Shown here: piece by piece, positions 13,626 through 25,360 of the stretch
Layout of the letters: every line of letters starts with the position of its first letter
Position numbering within the stretch: position 1 is the first letter of the stretch
Assembly: GCA_039621445.1 (NCBI GenBank)
Contig: CP154954.1
Coordinates: forward strand, 24,440,954-24,504,953
Origin: Euglena gracilis
Taxonomy: Eukaryota
Reading direction: 5' to 3'
Length of the DNA: 64,000 nucleotides
The notes under the pieces: model-generated
Databases searched by the model: none
Seen by the model: the letters and a program-made list of their open reading frames with translations, nothing else
Told to the model about the DNA's origin: nothing
Position numbers and translations under genes: made by a program

Positions 13626-14624
13626 CATTTTTTCCAGTGTGTAACAAAATGGCTGGCCAGTGGACCCCCCTGTGGTCCTTAAGCAGTTGCCTGGCCAGAA
13701 AGAAATGCTTCAATTGGGTGATCACAGTTTGACAAGGTTGCAATGTATGCCCCACAGCATGGATGCTCAACGCCCTTAACTCAACGAAAGGAAAATGCAT
13801 CTGGTGAACAACAGGCCCAAGTGTGTGTTTTGCGGACGAGTTCAGAGGTATATTGCTCTGAAAAGCCTCTGTTTATAAGAGTACCATTTACGGCACGGAC
13901 TGTGACTCCTTGCAAGCTGGTCAATGCTGGTTATTAGCAAGGAACGTAGGAGCAACAAAAGAGACTGAAAATCGACATTGATCAACTTTTTCCCTCTGAC
14001 CCGGACCCAGCGGGGAAACTGTCCTCTACCCTCTGTACCCCCTGACATGATACCTTTATGGGGGAATTGGCAATAGTTGGAATGGGCCAAACCTTTTTTT
14101 TCTTCCCCCCGCCTCACCCAGCCTGGCGTGGGACCACCCCGGGACACTCCCAACAATTGGGCCGTCGGACAGCATTTCCCAAAGTAGTCCAGTGCTTCGT
14201 GCTGAAACCCATACCCGGGCCTGGGGGCCAACTCCGGCCGGCTGGCTGGACAAAAGTGTTGGTTGGGGTTGGAGGCAGGCTTTAGTAAGTGCAGGGGGGG
14301 GGGGTTGGACCCCTGGTCCAGCAGGGTAGGGGGGTCCCCACCTTAACAGTGACACGGGCTAGGTGACCGATTTTCGGTCTGGCGCAACGTGCTGGGCCGA
14401 AAAAAAATTTATGGCCATGAGTGCCAAATTTGGGGACTTTTTGAGCAAAAATTTATCAAAAAAATGCAAAAATTTCGGTGCGAAGCACCAGAAGGGAAAA
14501 TTTGACCTTTTTTGGGGGGTACGCCCCAATAAGGTCAAACTTTCCCTTCCGGTGCTTCGGTGTTTTGGTGCTTCGGTCCGGACCGACCCCCCCCCCCCGG
14601 ATTCGCCGGACCATACCATTGCTT

Positions 14625-14880
14625 CCCCCCCCCCCCTAGTCGTATGACCACCCCTCATTTATGACCACCCCCCGGTCACAGGTTGCAGGTCATGGGGGTG
14701 TTATGACCCCCCCCCCCGGTCACAGGTTGCAGGTTGCGAAAAATTTAACACCACCTTACCTACAACCGCTGCCTCGTTTATGACCACCCCCCGGTCACAG
14801 GTTGCAGGTTATGGGGGTGTTATGACCACCCCCCCCCGGTCACAGGTTGCAGGAACCCGGTCATACGACTAGGGGGGGGG
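14625..14880. mobile_element. MITE with poly-C/poly-G TIR and internal ATGACCACCCCCCGGTCACAGGTTGCAGG repeats, copy 1
   Basis: TIR CnTAGTCGTATGACC / GGTCATACGACTAGn. Four internal repeat units. Confidence 0.85.
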
Positions 14881-14904
14881 TAAGGTGCGTCCGCCCCCCC
14901 CCCC

Positions 14905-15218
14905 CCCCCGGGAGGTGACTGACTGGTTTTTTCGGAGTGACTGACTGGTTTTTGGCTCCAGGCCCCCCCCCGGGATCAGACCCAGCCGGGGGGGGGGTGG
15001 AGGAGTCGGCCAGGATTGGCTGAAAGGGCCCACCCAGTGTTGAAGGTGCCGATTTTTTTTGGGTTTTTGACCAAAACCCTTGATATTTGGCCATTTTTGG
15101 CCGAGAGGCAAAAGTGACACCCCCTCCCCCCCCAGGGAGTGGGAAATGGGTGACTGGTTTTGGAAGTGACTTCTGCTTTTTTGAAAGTGGAAAGTGACCC
15201 TCCCCCCCTGGGGTCGGT
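14905..15218 (+). repeat. GTGACTGACTGGTTTT-rich repeat family (also ~17280-17560 and ~54080-54410)
   Basis: Shared GACTGACTGGTTTT motifs and AGTGG(A)AGTGACCC end. Confidence 0.65.
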
Positions 15219-15240
15219 AAGCATGGTCTGGACCACCCTT

Positions 15241-15505
15241 GGCAGGTGGGGGGTGGTCCGGACCCGGGGGGGGTTACCGTAGGAGGAGGTTCGATCTCCA
15301 ACGTTCGAGCTCCAACCTCCTCGAACGTTTTTAAGCTCCCCCTTCAGGGGGGGGGGGCTTAAAAACCTTCGAGGACCCTCCTCGAACGACCTCGAACGAC
15401 ATTCGAGGAGGGTATCGAACCTCCTCGAACGTCCTCGAACGACATTTGAGGAGGGACCTCGAACCTCCTCGAAGGACCTCGAACGACATCTCGACCCTCC
15501 TCCTG
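15241..15505. repeat. TCGA-rich (CCTCGAAC) repeat as a back-to-back inverted pair; further copy 16525-16722
   Basis: 15241-15345 is a reverse-complement relative of 16525-16722. 15346-15500 matches 16525-16600 directly. Confidence 0.75.
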
Positions 15506-15654
15506 CGTACATGCATACAGCTTTCAACACCAACGTCCTCGACAAATTATGGGTGTTTTCTTTTTTTGTTTTTTTTGTTTTTGGGGAATCTTTTCAGAAA
15601 CGACCACCCAAGCAGGCGACACCTATTCCCTCTCGATATGTGTTTGGGTTGGTA

Positions 15655-15911
15655 CCCCCCCCCCCCTAGTCGTATGACCACCCCTCATTTATGACCACCC
15701 CCCGGTCACAGGTTGCAGGTCATGGGGGTGTTATGACCACCCCCCCCGGTCACAGGTTGCAGGTTGCGAAAAATTTAACACCACCTTACCTATGACCGCC
15801 ACCTCATTTACGACCACCCCCCGGTCACAGGTTGCAGGTTATGGGGGTGTTATGACCACCCCCCCCCGGTCACAGGTTGCAGGAACCCGGTCATACGACT
15901 AGGGGGGGGGG
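15655..15911. mobile_element. Same MITE, copy 2 (TA-flanked, Tc1/mariner-like)
   Basis: Near-identical to 14625-14880. TA on both sides. Confidence 0.85.
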
Positions 15912-16294
15912 TACTTTGAACTTTTCAAATTTCCCCACCCCCCGTCACTCCCTACTCAGGCAACCTAGGCCCAGAGAGAGACTGTAGGGGGAAATTTTCC
16001 ACGCGATTTAAAAGAAACATATTTTTCTTACGCAGGAATGCAGTGATTCTTAAATATTTTTATTCAAAAATATTTCTGTACCGAGAGAATTTCTGAGGTT
16101 ATTAGAAAGAATGGCGTTAGGGTCAGGTTTAGGGTTTGAAAATATTTTTTCTTATGCAGGAATGCACTCATTCATAACCATTTTTATTCAAAAATATTCC
16201 CAAAGCGGAAGATTTTCTGAGGTTATTGGAAGGAATAGGGTTAGGGTTAAGATTTCATCTCCAATGGTTGCAACCATCCCGCTCATCGTTGCTA

Positions 16295-16455
16295 TATTTC
16301 CCTCTACAGGGTACACAGCGAACCCAAAGAGTCGCCCAACTAGGGTTAAAAAGGGACCCGAGCGAGGCACCGAAGGCGCCGAGCGAGGGTCCCCCCATGT
16401 GTATTAACCCTAGTTGGGCGACTCTTTGGTAGCTGGTACCCTGTAGGGGGAAATT
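16295..16455. repeat. Foldback (inverted repeat) element
   Basis: CCAAAGAGTCGCCCAACTAGGGTTAA / TTAACCCTAGTTGGGCGACTCTTTGG plus outer TACAGGGTAC / GTACCCTGTA arms. Confidence 0.85.
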
Positions 16456-19400
16456 TTCCACGCGTTTTAAAAGAAACATATTTTTTTCTTACGCAGGAAT
16501 GCACTCATTCCATTTTTATTCAAAAGGGGGGCGGCTTAAAAACCTTCGAGGACCCTCCTCGAACAACCTCGAACGACATTCGAGGAGGGTCGAACCTCGA
16601 ACCTCCTCGAATTCGAGGTTCGACCCTCCTCGAATGTCGTTTGAGGACATCCGAGGAGGTTCGAGACCCTCCTCCTACGGACCCTCCCACTACCGTAACC
16701 CTCCCGTCCGGACCCCCCACCATTCCAGGGTGGGGGGATGGTGGGGGGGGGGCCCTCCCCACCAAAACCCCGTCCGCCTTCCTTTCATCGAACCCAACCC
16801 CTCCACCACCTGTCGGGAGCCCCACTCAGCCTGAGGGTGAAAGGGGAGGGGGTTTGCCCGGGCCGCCGCGGGGGGACGTCGCTGGCCATGCCAGCCCTGC
16901 TGCCCCGGCGGGACCCCGGCGGGGCCCCGGCCCCGACCTCGCTGGGCGGCCCCCCCCCCGCCTTGCCCCGGGAGCTGAAGTCCCTCCGGAGGGGCGGGGG
17001 AGGTGTTGCCCTGTGTCTCAAAAGAGGCAGGTAGAATGGCAACCAACGGTGCCCCCCAGGAAAACAGGAAGCGGTGTGGAGGAGGGGTCTCTCCCCCAAC
17101 CCACCAGCATGGGGGGTATGGGGAGGGAATATGGGGGGCCACGCCACCCCATAGGGTTTTCCAGGCTGCCCTGGGAGGGGGGAAGGCCACAGGGGGGCCA
17201 AAGTGAACGCCATACAGGGCATGGTGGCGATTTTTCGGAATTTTTTTTCTCGATAAAAAATGCGAAATGCCGTGTGCATACAATCACCAGGTCACCAGCC
17301 GACCCCCCCCCCCCGGGGTGGGGACTGGTTTTTGGTCTGGACCCCCTCCCTCTTGGGGGGTGGTTGGCAAAATACCACTAAACTAACCTGGCGCCAAAGG
17401 CACTGTAAAATTTTTGGCCTATTTTTCCAGTTTTTGATCAAATTTCTTTTGGATTCAGAGTGGCCGACCCCCCCTGGGAGGGGGAGGGTAGCGACTGACT
17501 GGGTTTCCAAAAAAAGTAACTGGTTTTTGGAAGAGTGGAAGTGACCCCCTCCCCCCCACTCGGTAAAAAAAATTGTATGGCAATGTGGGTGGGGGGGCTC
17601 CCTCCCCAAACAGGCCTTTTTGCTCCCCACGGGCTCCCAATCAATTGATTGAATCGGGGGTGTGAATGTTGTGGCTCCTTTTTTTGACAGCATTGGTTGG
17701 GTTGACCTTCGTTGCTGCCCCACAACTCGCTAGTGCTCCACAGATCGCCGGAACCAAATGTCACTCGCAAGCCAAAAGCTGACCAACGTCCCAATCCACA
17801 TAATGCCCACCAGGCTTCTGCTCAAGGGTTCACAGTACCCCCCCGGGGGGCTATAGTCCAAATTTGTTTTGTGGAAATCCCAGTGGACCCTCACCCTGGG
17901 GGTCTGCTAGCAGGAAAATTTTCCCCTGTGACTGGCGCGAAACAGCGAATTTTTTTTAACCCCAAAACCTGCCCGAAATGCCAATTTTTGGCCATTTTTG
18001 GGACAAAATCAGCCAAATAAAACATATTTGAAAAACTAATTTCCACCTCGGCGCTAGTTCTGCAGAGGATTTTTTCCAGTTGGGGGACCCTGGGACCCCC
18101 CCCCCCCCCAGGGGGATGGTCCAGCTCGTTGCCTTTGTTTATGCAAAACCCTCCCCCTGAATAGAAGCCCCCGCTGATTACTATTTGGAACGTTCGTCGA
18201 AAACCGGGGGGGGGTCCTATTTCGGGGGGCGCTATTCGGGGGGGGGGTAGGAGAGGAAGCTTCCACATTTGCATTATTGGAAGTGAGGGAAGAGGAAAGC
18301 AAATCTGCGGAATGTTGCAAAAGTTCGGGCAACAACGAAGGGAATGAGGCACTGAGGGTAATATGCAGGTTGTAGAATTGCTTTTTTTTGCATCATCCAA
18401 GCTTTGAAAATTCGCATTTTTTGCATAATTCTCTTTATTTTGCACAGCGAAAAGAAAATTTTGTATTTTTTTCTATTTTTTGTCCTCCTTTTTTTTCGAA
18501 AAGAATTTTGGGAGATTGCACAGGAAAAACAGTACCACAAGCTCATATTAAGTTTCATTTGGTGAAATGAAACATACCTTTTTTGGCGTTTTTTTTATTT
18601 TACTTTTTGGCATTTTTCTTTCGAAAGCTAACGAGCAAGGCCGAAGGTACTGCTTTGCTTGTGTTTTCATGTTTTCTTTGTTGGATAGAAGTGCAAATGA
18701 TTGTCCAAAAGATACAAAATATACAAAAGATACTGTTTTGTGTTACACAGAATCCGGCATAATAAAAGTTTTCATTGGAGGGGGTGAAAACTTTCTGCCT
18801 TCTCCAGCAGTACCGTCTAAGTCCTAAAGATAGATACAAAGAATTTGCTAGTTGCATTTTTTTGCATTGCATATTTTGTGGTGCCTTGTTGCATATTCCC
18901 CTCCCCCAAATGAAATATTGGCCCAGTTCATTTTTGGCTTTGTATTTTTTCCGTCCACCAAATCATTCTGGATATTGCATAGCAGAAATGGCCAAAAAGA
19001 CCACAAATGACCCAAGTTTTTCTGACATGATCCCTGTTGACTGTGGTCAAAACTGGCCCAAAATGGTCTGAATGGCAATGAGGCTCAAAATTGCCTGAAA
19101 TGACCAAAGATGGCCTGGCACCTGAAAAATGACACGTTTTCCGCAATTCTATCACATTGCTTCGCATATTTGATACACATTTCAGCGCTTATTTTGAAGG
19201 TTTAATTTTGCCGTCAAGGCACAAAGTGTGGTTTTCTTAAGGACCCGGGGGAGGGGTCCCGCCAGAAAACCAATGGCATCACAGGACGCCGGGTTTTCGG
19301 ACAGAACCGGCGTCCGGAAAACCTGTGGGGGGACGCCGGTTCTGTCCTGAACCTGGCGTCCCAAACTCCGGTTTAATCGACAAAAATGGATGGAAAGGGC

Positions 19401-20464
19401 CCAAAATTGTTAACACTCAAGCCAAAAATGGCAAAACCTGGCGAACAATGCCAAAAAGATGTTGATGATGCCCCATTCATTCAAAAATGTCCTCGTGGCT
19501 CACCTTGAATGGATGTGGAAAAAATTATGGCTTAAAGGCCCCCAGGGGGAGGGGGGTCCAGGCTGGAAAAAAAAAAGTGCTGGCTAGACCCCCGACTCTC
19601 CCTTCCACTGCTCCTGTCCCCGAATAGGGTGATTCCCCCCCCCCCCCAAAGAAGGATCCAGGGGCATCCGTGCCGTAGCTCCCGGCCAGCCTGCGGATCC
19701 ACCCCCTGGATCCACTGGTAAAAGTTTGGACTTGCACAAAGCCAAAAGTCTCCAGCGATTTGCGCCGTAATTTCATGGCTTGCTTTTGCTGAGACTGTCA
19801 GAATCAATGCAATTGAAATCCCCGTTGGTCACCCAATTTTTTTTCTACGGATGAAAATTGGTTTTCATAATATTTTCTTAACTTCCAAAAGCAACAAAAC
19901 GTCGTCGGAATGATTCAGCCAAAATACAGCAATAATCTGCTCAGCAGTACAATTCAGCAAACACATGCTTGTCTGGGTAGAGAAAAAAATGTTCCAATAA
20001 AAATAGCCAAAGGTGGAACCTTTGCTTCTAGTAAAACTGTGTCCGTCAGTATATTTGGCTTTGTTCTTTGGGTCTCTCACTTCGTGCAGCTTCAAACAGG
20101 CAAGTCTTTGTGGGTTGCACAAACATTTGAGGAGCAGTTCGATGCAAAAAAATTTAATTTTTATTGGAAAATTCAGGTGCACAAAGACACATGGCGTGCG
20201 GCGTGCATGGTGTGCTACACCATGTGCTGGCGTCCCGAATGTGCAGGGAAGAGGGAACACAACATGGACCCTCGAAAAACACGACGCAAAAGAAACAAGA
20301 AACCACAAAAAAAAACAAAATGGTCAACCATAAAAAATGGGAAACCACAAAAAATGGGAAAAGGCACAATTTGCATGAAATTTCTTCAGGAGCTGCTCGG
20401 GGTGCACAGTTTTCTGCTGGAGAGGAAAAAACTTTTCATCTTGCACAAAAATAACAATTTGTTA

Positions 20465-20685
20465 CCCCCTCACCCTGTCGTACGACCACCCCTCATTTAC
20501 GACCACCCCCCGGTCACAGGTTGCAGGTCATAGGGTGTTATGACCACCCCCCCCCCCCGGTCACAGGTTGCAGGTTACGAAAATTTTAACTCCACTTTAC
20601 CAACGGCCGCCCCCACATTTACGACCACCCCCCCTGGTCACAGGTTGCAGGAACCCGGTCGTACGACAAGGGGGGGGGGGGCGGG
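20465..20685. mobile_element. Same MITE, diverged copy 3
   Basis: GTCGTACGACC / GGTCGTACGAC inverted ends, three internal units, TA flanks. Confidence 0.75.
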
Positions 20686-21279
20686 TAACCAAAAAAATGC
20701 AAAAATCAAAAAAAAATAAGGTCTCAGGGGGAAATTGGGGCCATAATAAGAAATGAACACAGCGGATAATTTTTCAGCAAAAATTCAAACTGCTGGGGAA
20801 AAAGCACAAAAATAACGAACAAAGAGGAACAAATTCCAAATTTTACCAAAACCGAAAGTCGCCAAAACAAAAAAAAACATTTGCCTCCCCAGCTGCTTTG
20901 TGGCAGAGGTTAGCCGGGGTCAGCCGGAGGGGAGGGGGTAGGGGGGTCTAGGGGTTGGGTCTCCAACAAAAATGGATCGGATTCTCGTTGGACTTTGTTG
21001 AATTGTTGGATGGGGTTGGGGGGTGGTAAAAAAATGCCCCAAAAAGCCCAAATACAGCTGGCTTGGCATTTTTCAGCAGAAATTACGAGGTAAAATCCCC
21101 AAAACCTCCCAAAAATGCCATTTTTTGGCTTTTTTTGACCCCTTTCCCCCAAAAATTTCGGCTTTATTGTGCCGAATTTTTTTCAGCTACCTAGTCCCGC
21201 TAGCACCTTTTTCCAGCCGGCGGCTGGTCCCAGCCCCCCCCCCCCCCCGATGGGTGCCTGCGTGGGTGTCCCCTCCGAA

Positions 21280-21780
21280 CTCTCCCTCCAGAGGCATCCG
21301 ATGGGCTGCGCCGCCTCGTGCCCCAGCACCCTTGCCCGTGCAGAGGCCCCCCCTGCCACCCTGGGGGCTGGCCCCCCGGCCAAGCGAAGCAAAGCGGGAG
21401 GCGACCAGGGACCGGGGAACAGCGCCTTGAGCGAGCAGGGGCGGGCGCCGGGCGCTGGGAGACACATTGGCCGTGCTTGGGGCTGCGTTTTGGTCTCCTT
21501 TGGGGAACGGCGGCGGCCGTTCTCGCCCGCCCCCACGCCCTCCGCCGGCTTCGGCCCCGGTCCCTGGCCACATCGCCGGGGACCTCGCTCCTTGCCGGCC
21601 GCGGTGCGCCGCAGCCCCGCCGCAGCAAGCGATGAGGCACCGCAGCCCCGGCGCCGCATCGTTCGACCGGCTGGAGCAGGTGGGCACGGAGCCCTCTCCC
21701 AGCCAGGCCTCGGGTGGCCAGCGGGCAAAAGGCTCGGTCGCCTCCGACAGATTTTGGCTCAGCCGCCGATGATCCCAGGG
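21280..21780 (+). repeat. GC-rich dispersed repeat (second copy ~43670-44110)
   Basis: Shared CTCCCTCCAGAG...CCGATGGGCTGC...CCTCGTGCCCCAGC...GGCTGGAGCAGGTGG. Confidence 0.7.
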
Positions 21781-22469
21781 AATTAGCTGAGTGTTGGTTT
21801 TTTACAGTGGGGATTAGACCACCCAGGCTTGGAGGAGGAGGGGTCCAGACCCCCTCCCAGAACCAAAAAGTATTTCCGGCACTTTGCGCCGCGGAAGGTA
21901 ATATTTTTGGTATGTGTTTTAGCCAATTTTTCAAAAAAAACGCGATTTTTGGGCTTTTTTTCAGCCCAAAATGGCGCTTTGTGCTGGAATTTTTTTTGTA
22001 GAGGGACTAGGGGGTTCCAGACCTCCCCCTCCCCGCTCATTGAATACTCTGATGGCCCGTGAGTGAGGAAAAGCGTTCCTCAAATGGATGAATGACACAT
22101 GACTTTTGTGAGAAGAAGCATATTGTACAAAATTGATCAAAATGCTTTTCCACTTCTCAGGAAAGGGAGTGAACCCCTAGCCACAAGTCTGCTGCAGTCA
22201 CAGCCTATGTGGAAGAACCCAGGCACATGGGCCTACAAAGACGCAAAAAAAAATGAACACCGTCCAAATAGAACCAACTTCGAGGGAGGTGCAGAAATGA
22301 ACGGGTCATCACAGGCAGGGGTTTGGTTGTTGTTTTTTTAAAACCTTCTGTGTAATCTCCCAGGCTTTTTGGACTTTTTTGTTGTTTGTTGCATTTTGCC
22401 AATTATTTTATTTCGTAATTATTTTGAAAAATCGTTCTGGGGAGAGTATTAACACGTGCGCACATATGG

Positions 22470-23720
22470 AGCCCGTGGTGGCCACCTCTCGCCTGCCCCA
22501 TCCACCTCCGCCGGTTATTTGCAGAGGAGATTATCTGTCCCCCGGACGTCCAGGGTCACCCTCCGCCAAAGGAGCGGCGGAACGCCGTCACCTTTGACCT
22601 CCCGGCGGAGCCCGGGCTCCACCGCGCCAAGGGGTTCAGCGACCTCCCGTTCGCCTTTGCCAGGGTGGCTGTCGTGGGCTCTGCCGTTCGGGACCATTTG
22701 TTTGTGACTTTGCACGGCTGCTTTTTTTTGCTTTGTTTGCAGTCCTTTTTTTGGACAGCCTTGCTTTCATATTTGAAGGCGTGTCAGAACGTAATGTTGT
22801 GTTTGCGATTTTCCCCATACAGACTTCAGGTCATTAAATGATCAGATTCTTTCTAAAATCATACTGGAGAGTAAAAGGAAAGGGAAATTAAATTGGTGCA
22901 ATGTTGTTCAGTGTTGTCAAAATGACTGAAATAGGCGGGTGTTGAAGTTTTTTTTATAATATGTATTCCTACATAGTTTGAATTTTTCATATTTTCATAA
23001 TGAATTGAAAATTTTTCCGGCTGTTTGCATTTTTCCCTTTTTTGGATAATTCACAGATTTGCCTGCTAACTTTTTTTTGGTTCCACCGGATAAATGCTTT
23101 TCATTATGCAATGTTCTTCATCATGCAGCACCATCAATGTTTTGAATAATCATTCACATTTTCTTTCAAAAATAATAACAGAGAGAAACCTGCTTCATCA
23201 TGCAACAACAATAATGAAAAAAATGCACAAAAAGTGGAGATTTCAACTTCAATTGTTTGGGAATCCCAGTTGGAGGGACGTTTACACTGCGGGGAGTTCG
23301 TAACAGAACTAGCACGAGGCTTGATTGTTTTGCCCTCCTTTCGTTTGTTTTCCTTCTTTGACCCCAGCATATTTGCAGTGCCTTGTTGCACCACCCCCCG
23401 CTGAGAGCAATCAAAAACACGGAATATGACGGGAAAGTCGCTGCGAGGAATAAAACGCGGATTTTTTTCCCGCTTCTTCGCTCCCACATCTATGTCTCAC
23501 TCCTGCACACCGCATACGCTGCCTTTGCTGCATCTCGACCCAGGGCTGCAACCTTGTGACTGGGTTGTGCTGGGAAAGGGCGATGCCGGGACGCCCCAGC
23601 AGAGGCCACCCCCCTCCGCTGCGGTGCACGTCCCTGAGAAGCGGGCCGACCCCCGACCGCTGTCCTGCGCTACCCGCAGTGTCCCGATTCATGCCATTGC
23701 CACAACGTTGTTTCGTGTCA
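22470..23720 (+). repeat. Dispersed repeat related to ~49960-50600
   Basis: 22540-22690 matches 50012-50150 (CCAGGGTCACCCTCCGCCAAAGGAGCGGCGGAACGCC). 23530-23700 matches 50450-50590. Confidence 0.7.
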
Positions 23721-23815
23721 GGTTTTCTTCCCCGGGCCCAACAGCAAGATATTAAGTTGAGTTTTGTACAGAGGGAGGAGGGTCCAGACCACCCCCTGTT
23801 CCCCTGCCTTTGGAC

Positions 23816-25360
23816 CAGGCACCTATAGCTAAAATGGCCCAAAATGGCCTAAAATGGCCTAAAATGACCTTTTGACCCCCTATAGGTGGGGGTCCCTAAA
23901 ATGGCCTAAAATGGCCTAAAATGGCCTAAAATGGCCTAAAATGGCCTAAAATGGCCTAAAATGGGAAAAATTCTGTTACACAACAATTTTTTTTGTGAAC
24001 AACTGACGCCATTCGGGTAATTACTTTCGGTGTCTTTTGTTACAGCTGGTTGTGGAATATGTATGGAAATCAAAATAACTGCCAATTTTCTCAATTGTAA
24101 TTGGTCAATTATCTCTAAAACAATTGCCAATTTTCTGAAAGCAATTGCGGTTTTTCTCAAGAATGAATGCCCTCGTGACAGTTGTGTTTGGAAGACAAGT
24201 TTCTGTTTCATAAGCGTCTCTTTCTCTTGCATCCACGTCTGATCCGATGCTAATGCTCGTCATGGGTACAATGTGTTGGCCGGGAGTTTGCCTACAACGT
24301 GGGCCCTCTTGATGGGGCTGTCGGATGACTTTCTTTGACTGTCCACCCCAATGGACACTTCTTTTTTCTGATTATGAGACAACTGGCAATTGCTTTTGAG
24401 AAGATTGCAGTCATACTTTGAGGCAGTGGCAAAATTTTTGAGACAGGTGGCAATTCATTGTGAGTATCAGTATCAGTCCCCATGGTCCCCAACGTTCTTT
24501 TGGTATTTGAATTTTGAAGGTTTGGACAGCTGGATTTTCTTCTTACTCCCATCTTTTTTGGTGCGCAACGATGTCTGTTTTGCAAATAATGAAACAGTGC
24601 AAATGTGGAAGTATGGGGAAAAGACAGGGAAAGAAAGACGAAAGATGTTGGAAAAATCTCAATTGAAAGATGTGCATGCTTATTTGTTTTGTTACGTACC
24701 AGGGATTCCTTCAAAATAACGATCCAGCACAATTTTGGGGATTTTCCAAAACCGCAAATAATCACGCCGAGTGATCAAGTGACCCAAACAACCACAAACA
24801 ATTATGAATGATATTCTCTCCTGTTTATGAACCTTTTTAGTATTAAGTTTCCCCAAAGGGGAAAACCAACACGGAGAAGAGGAATTGCTCTAAGCTCTCA
24901 CATTGAATTTCACCATGCAACAGCATCATCTTTCAGAAAAATGGCTTCTTTTTGCGAAATCCTGCAAAATGGCGTAGATTTCACAAAATACAAAAATTTG
25001 GGCGCTTTTCTTGGTTGCGCAAATATAAACTTTAATATTTGTCAAACGTTTTTTTTTTGAAAATTTTTCACTGCCATAATTTCTTATTGTTCAGAATTCC
25101 TCTATGGGTATGAATTAAGATTTGTTGATCGTGGTTGTGATACATTGTTTATGAATTTTGCATGCTTTTTTGTATGTACATTTCTTATTACTGAATAAGA
25201 GAAGGTTTGCACACGTTATGATACAGTTTTTTGGGACAAAAATGACGAAACATTGTGATTTCAGAACCCCTTAAAATGGTCTAAAACGGCCTTAAATGGC
25301 CTTAAATGGCCTAAAATGGCCTAAAATGGGGAAATTTTTAGGCTTGACTATAGGTGCCTG
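23816..25360. mobile_element. hAT-like element, same family as 8990-10551
   Basis: TIR CAGGCACCTATAG / CTATAGGTGCCTG. TSD CTTTGGAC/CTTCGGAC. AAAATGGCCT arrays. Shared ends, different interior. Confidence 0.9.
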
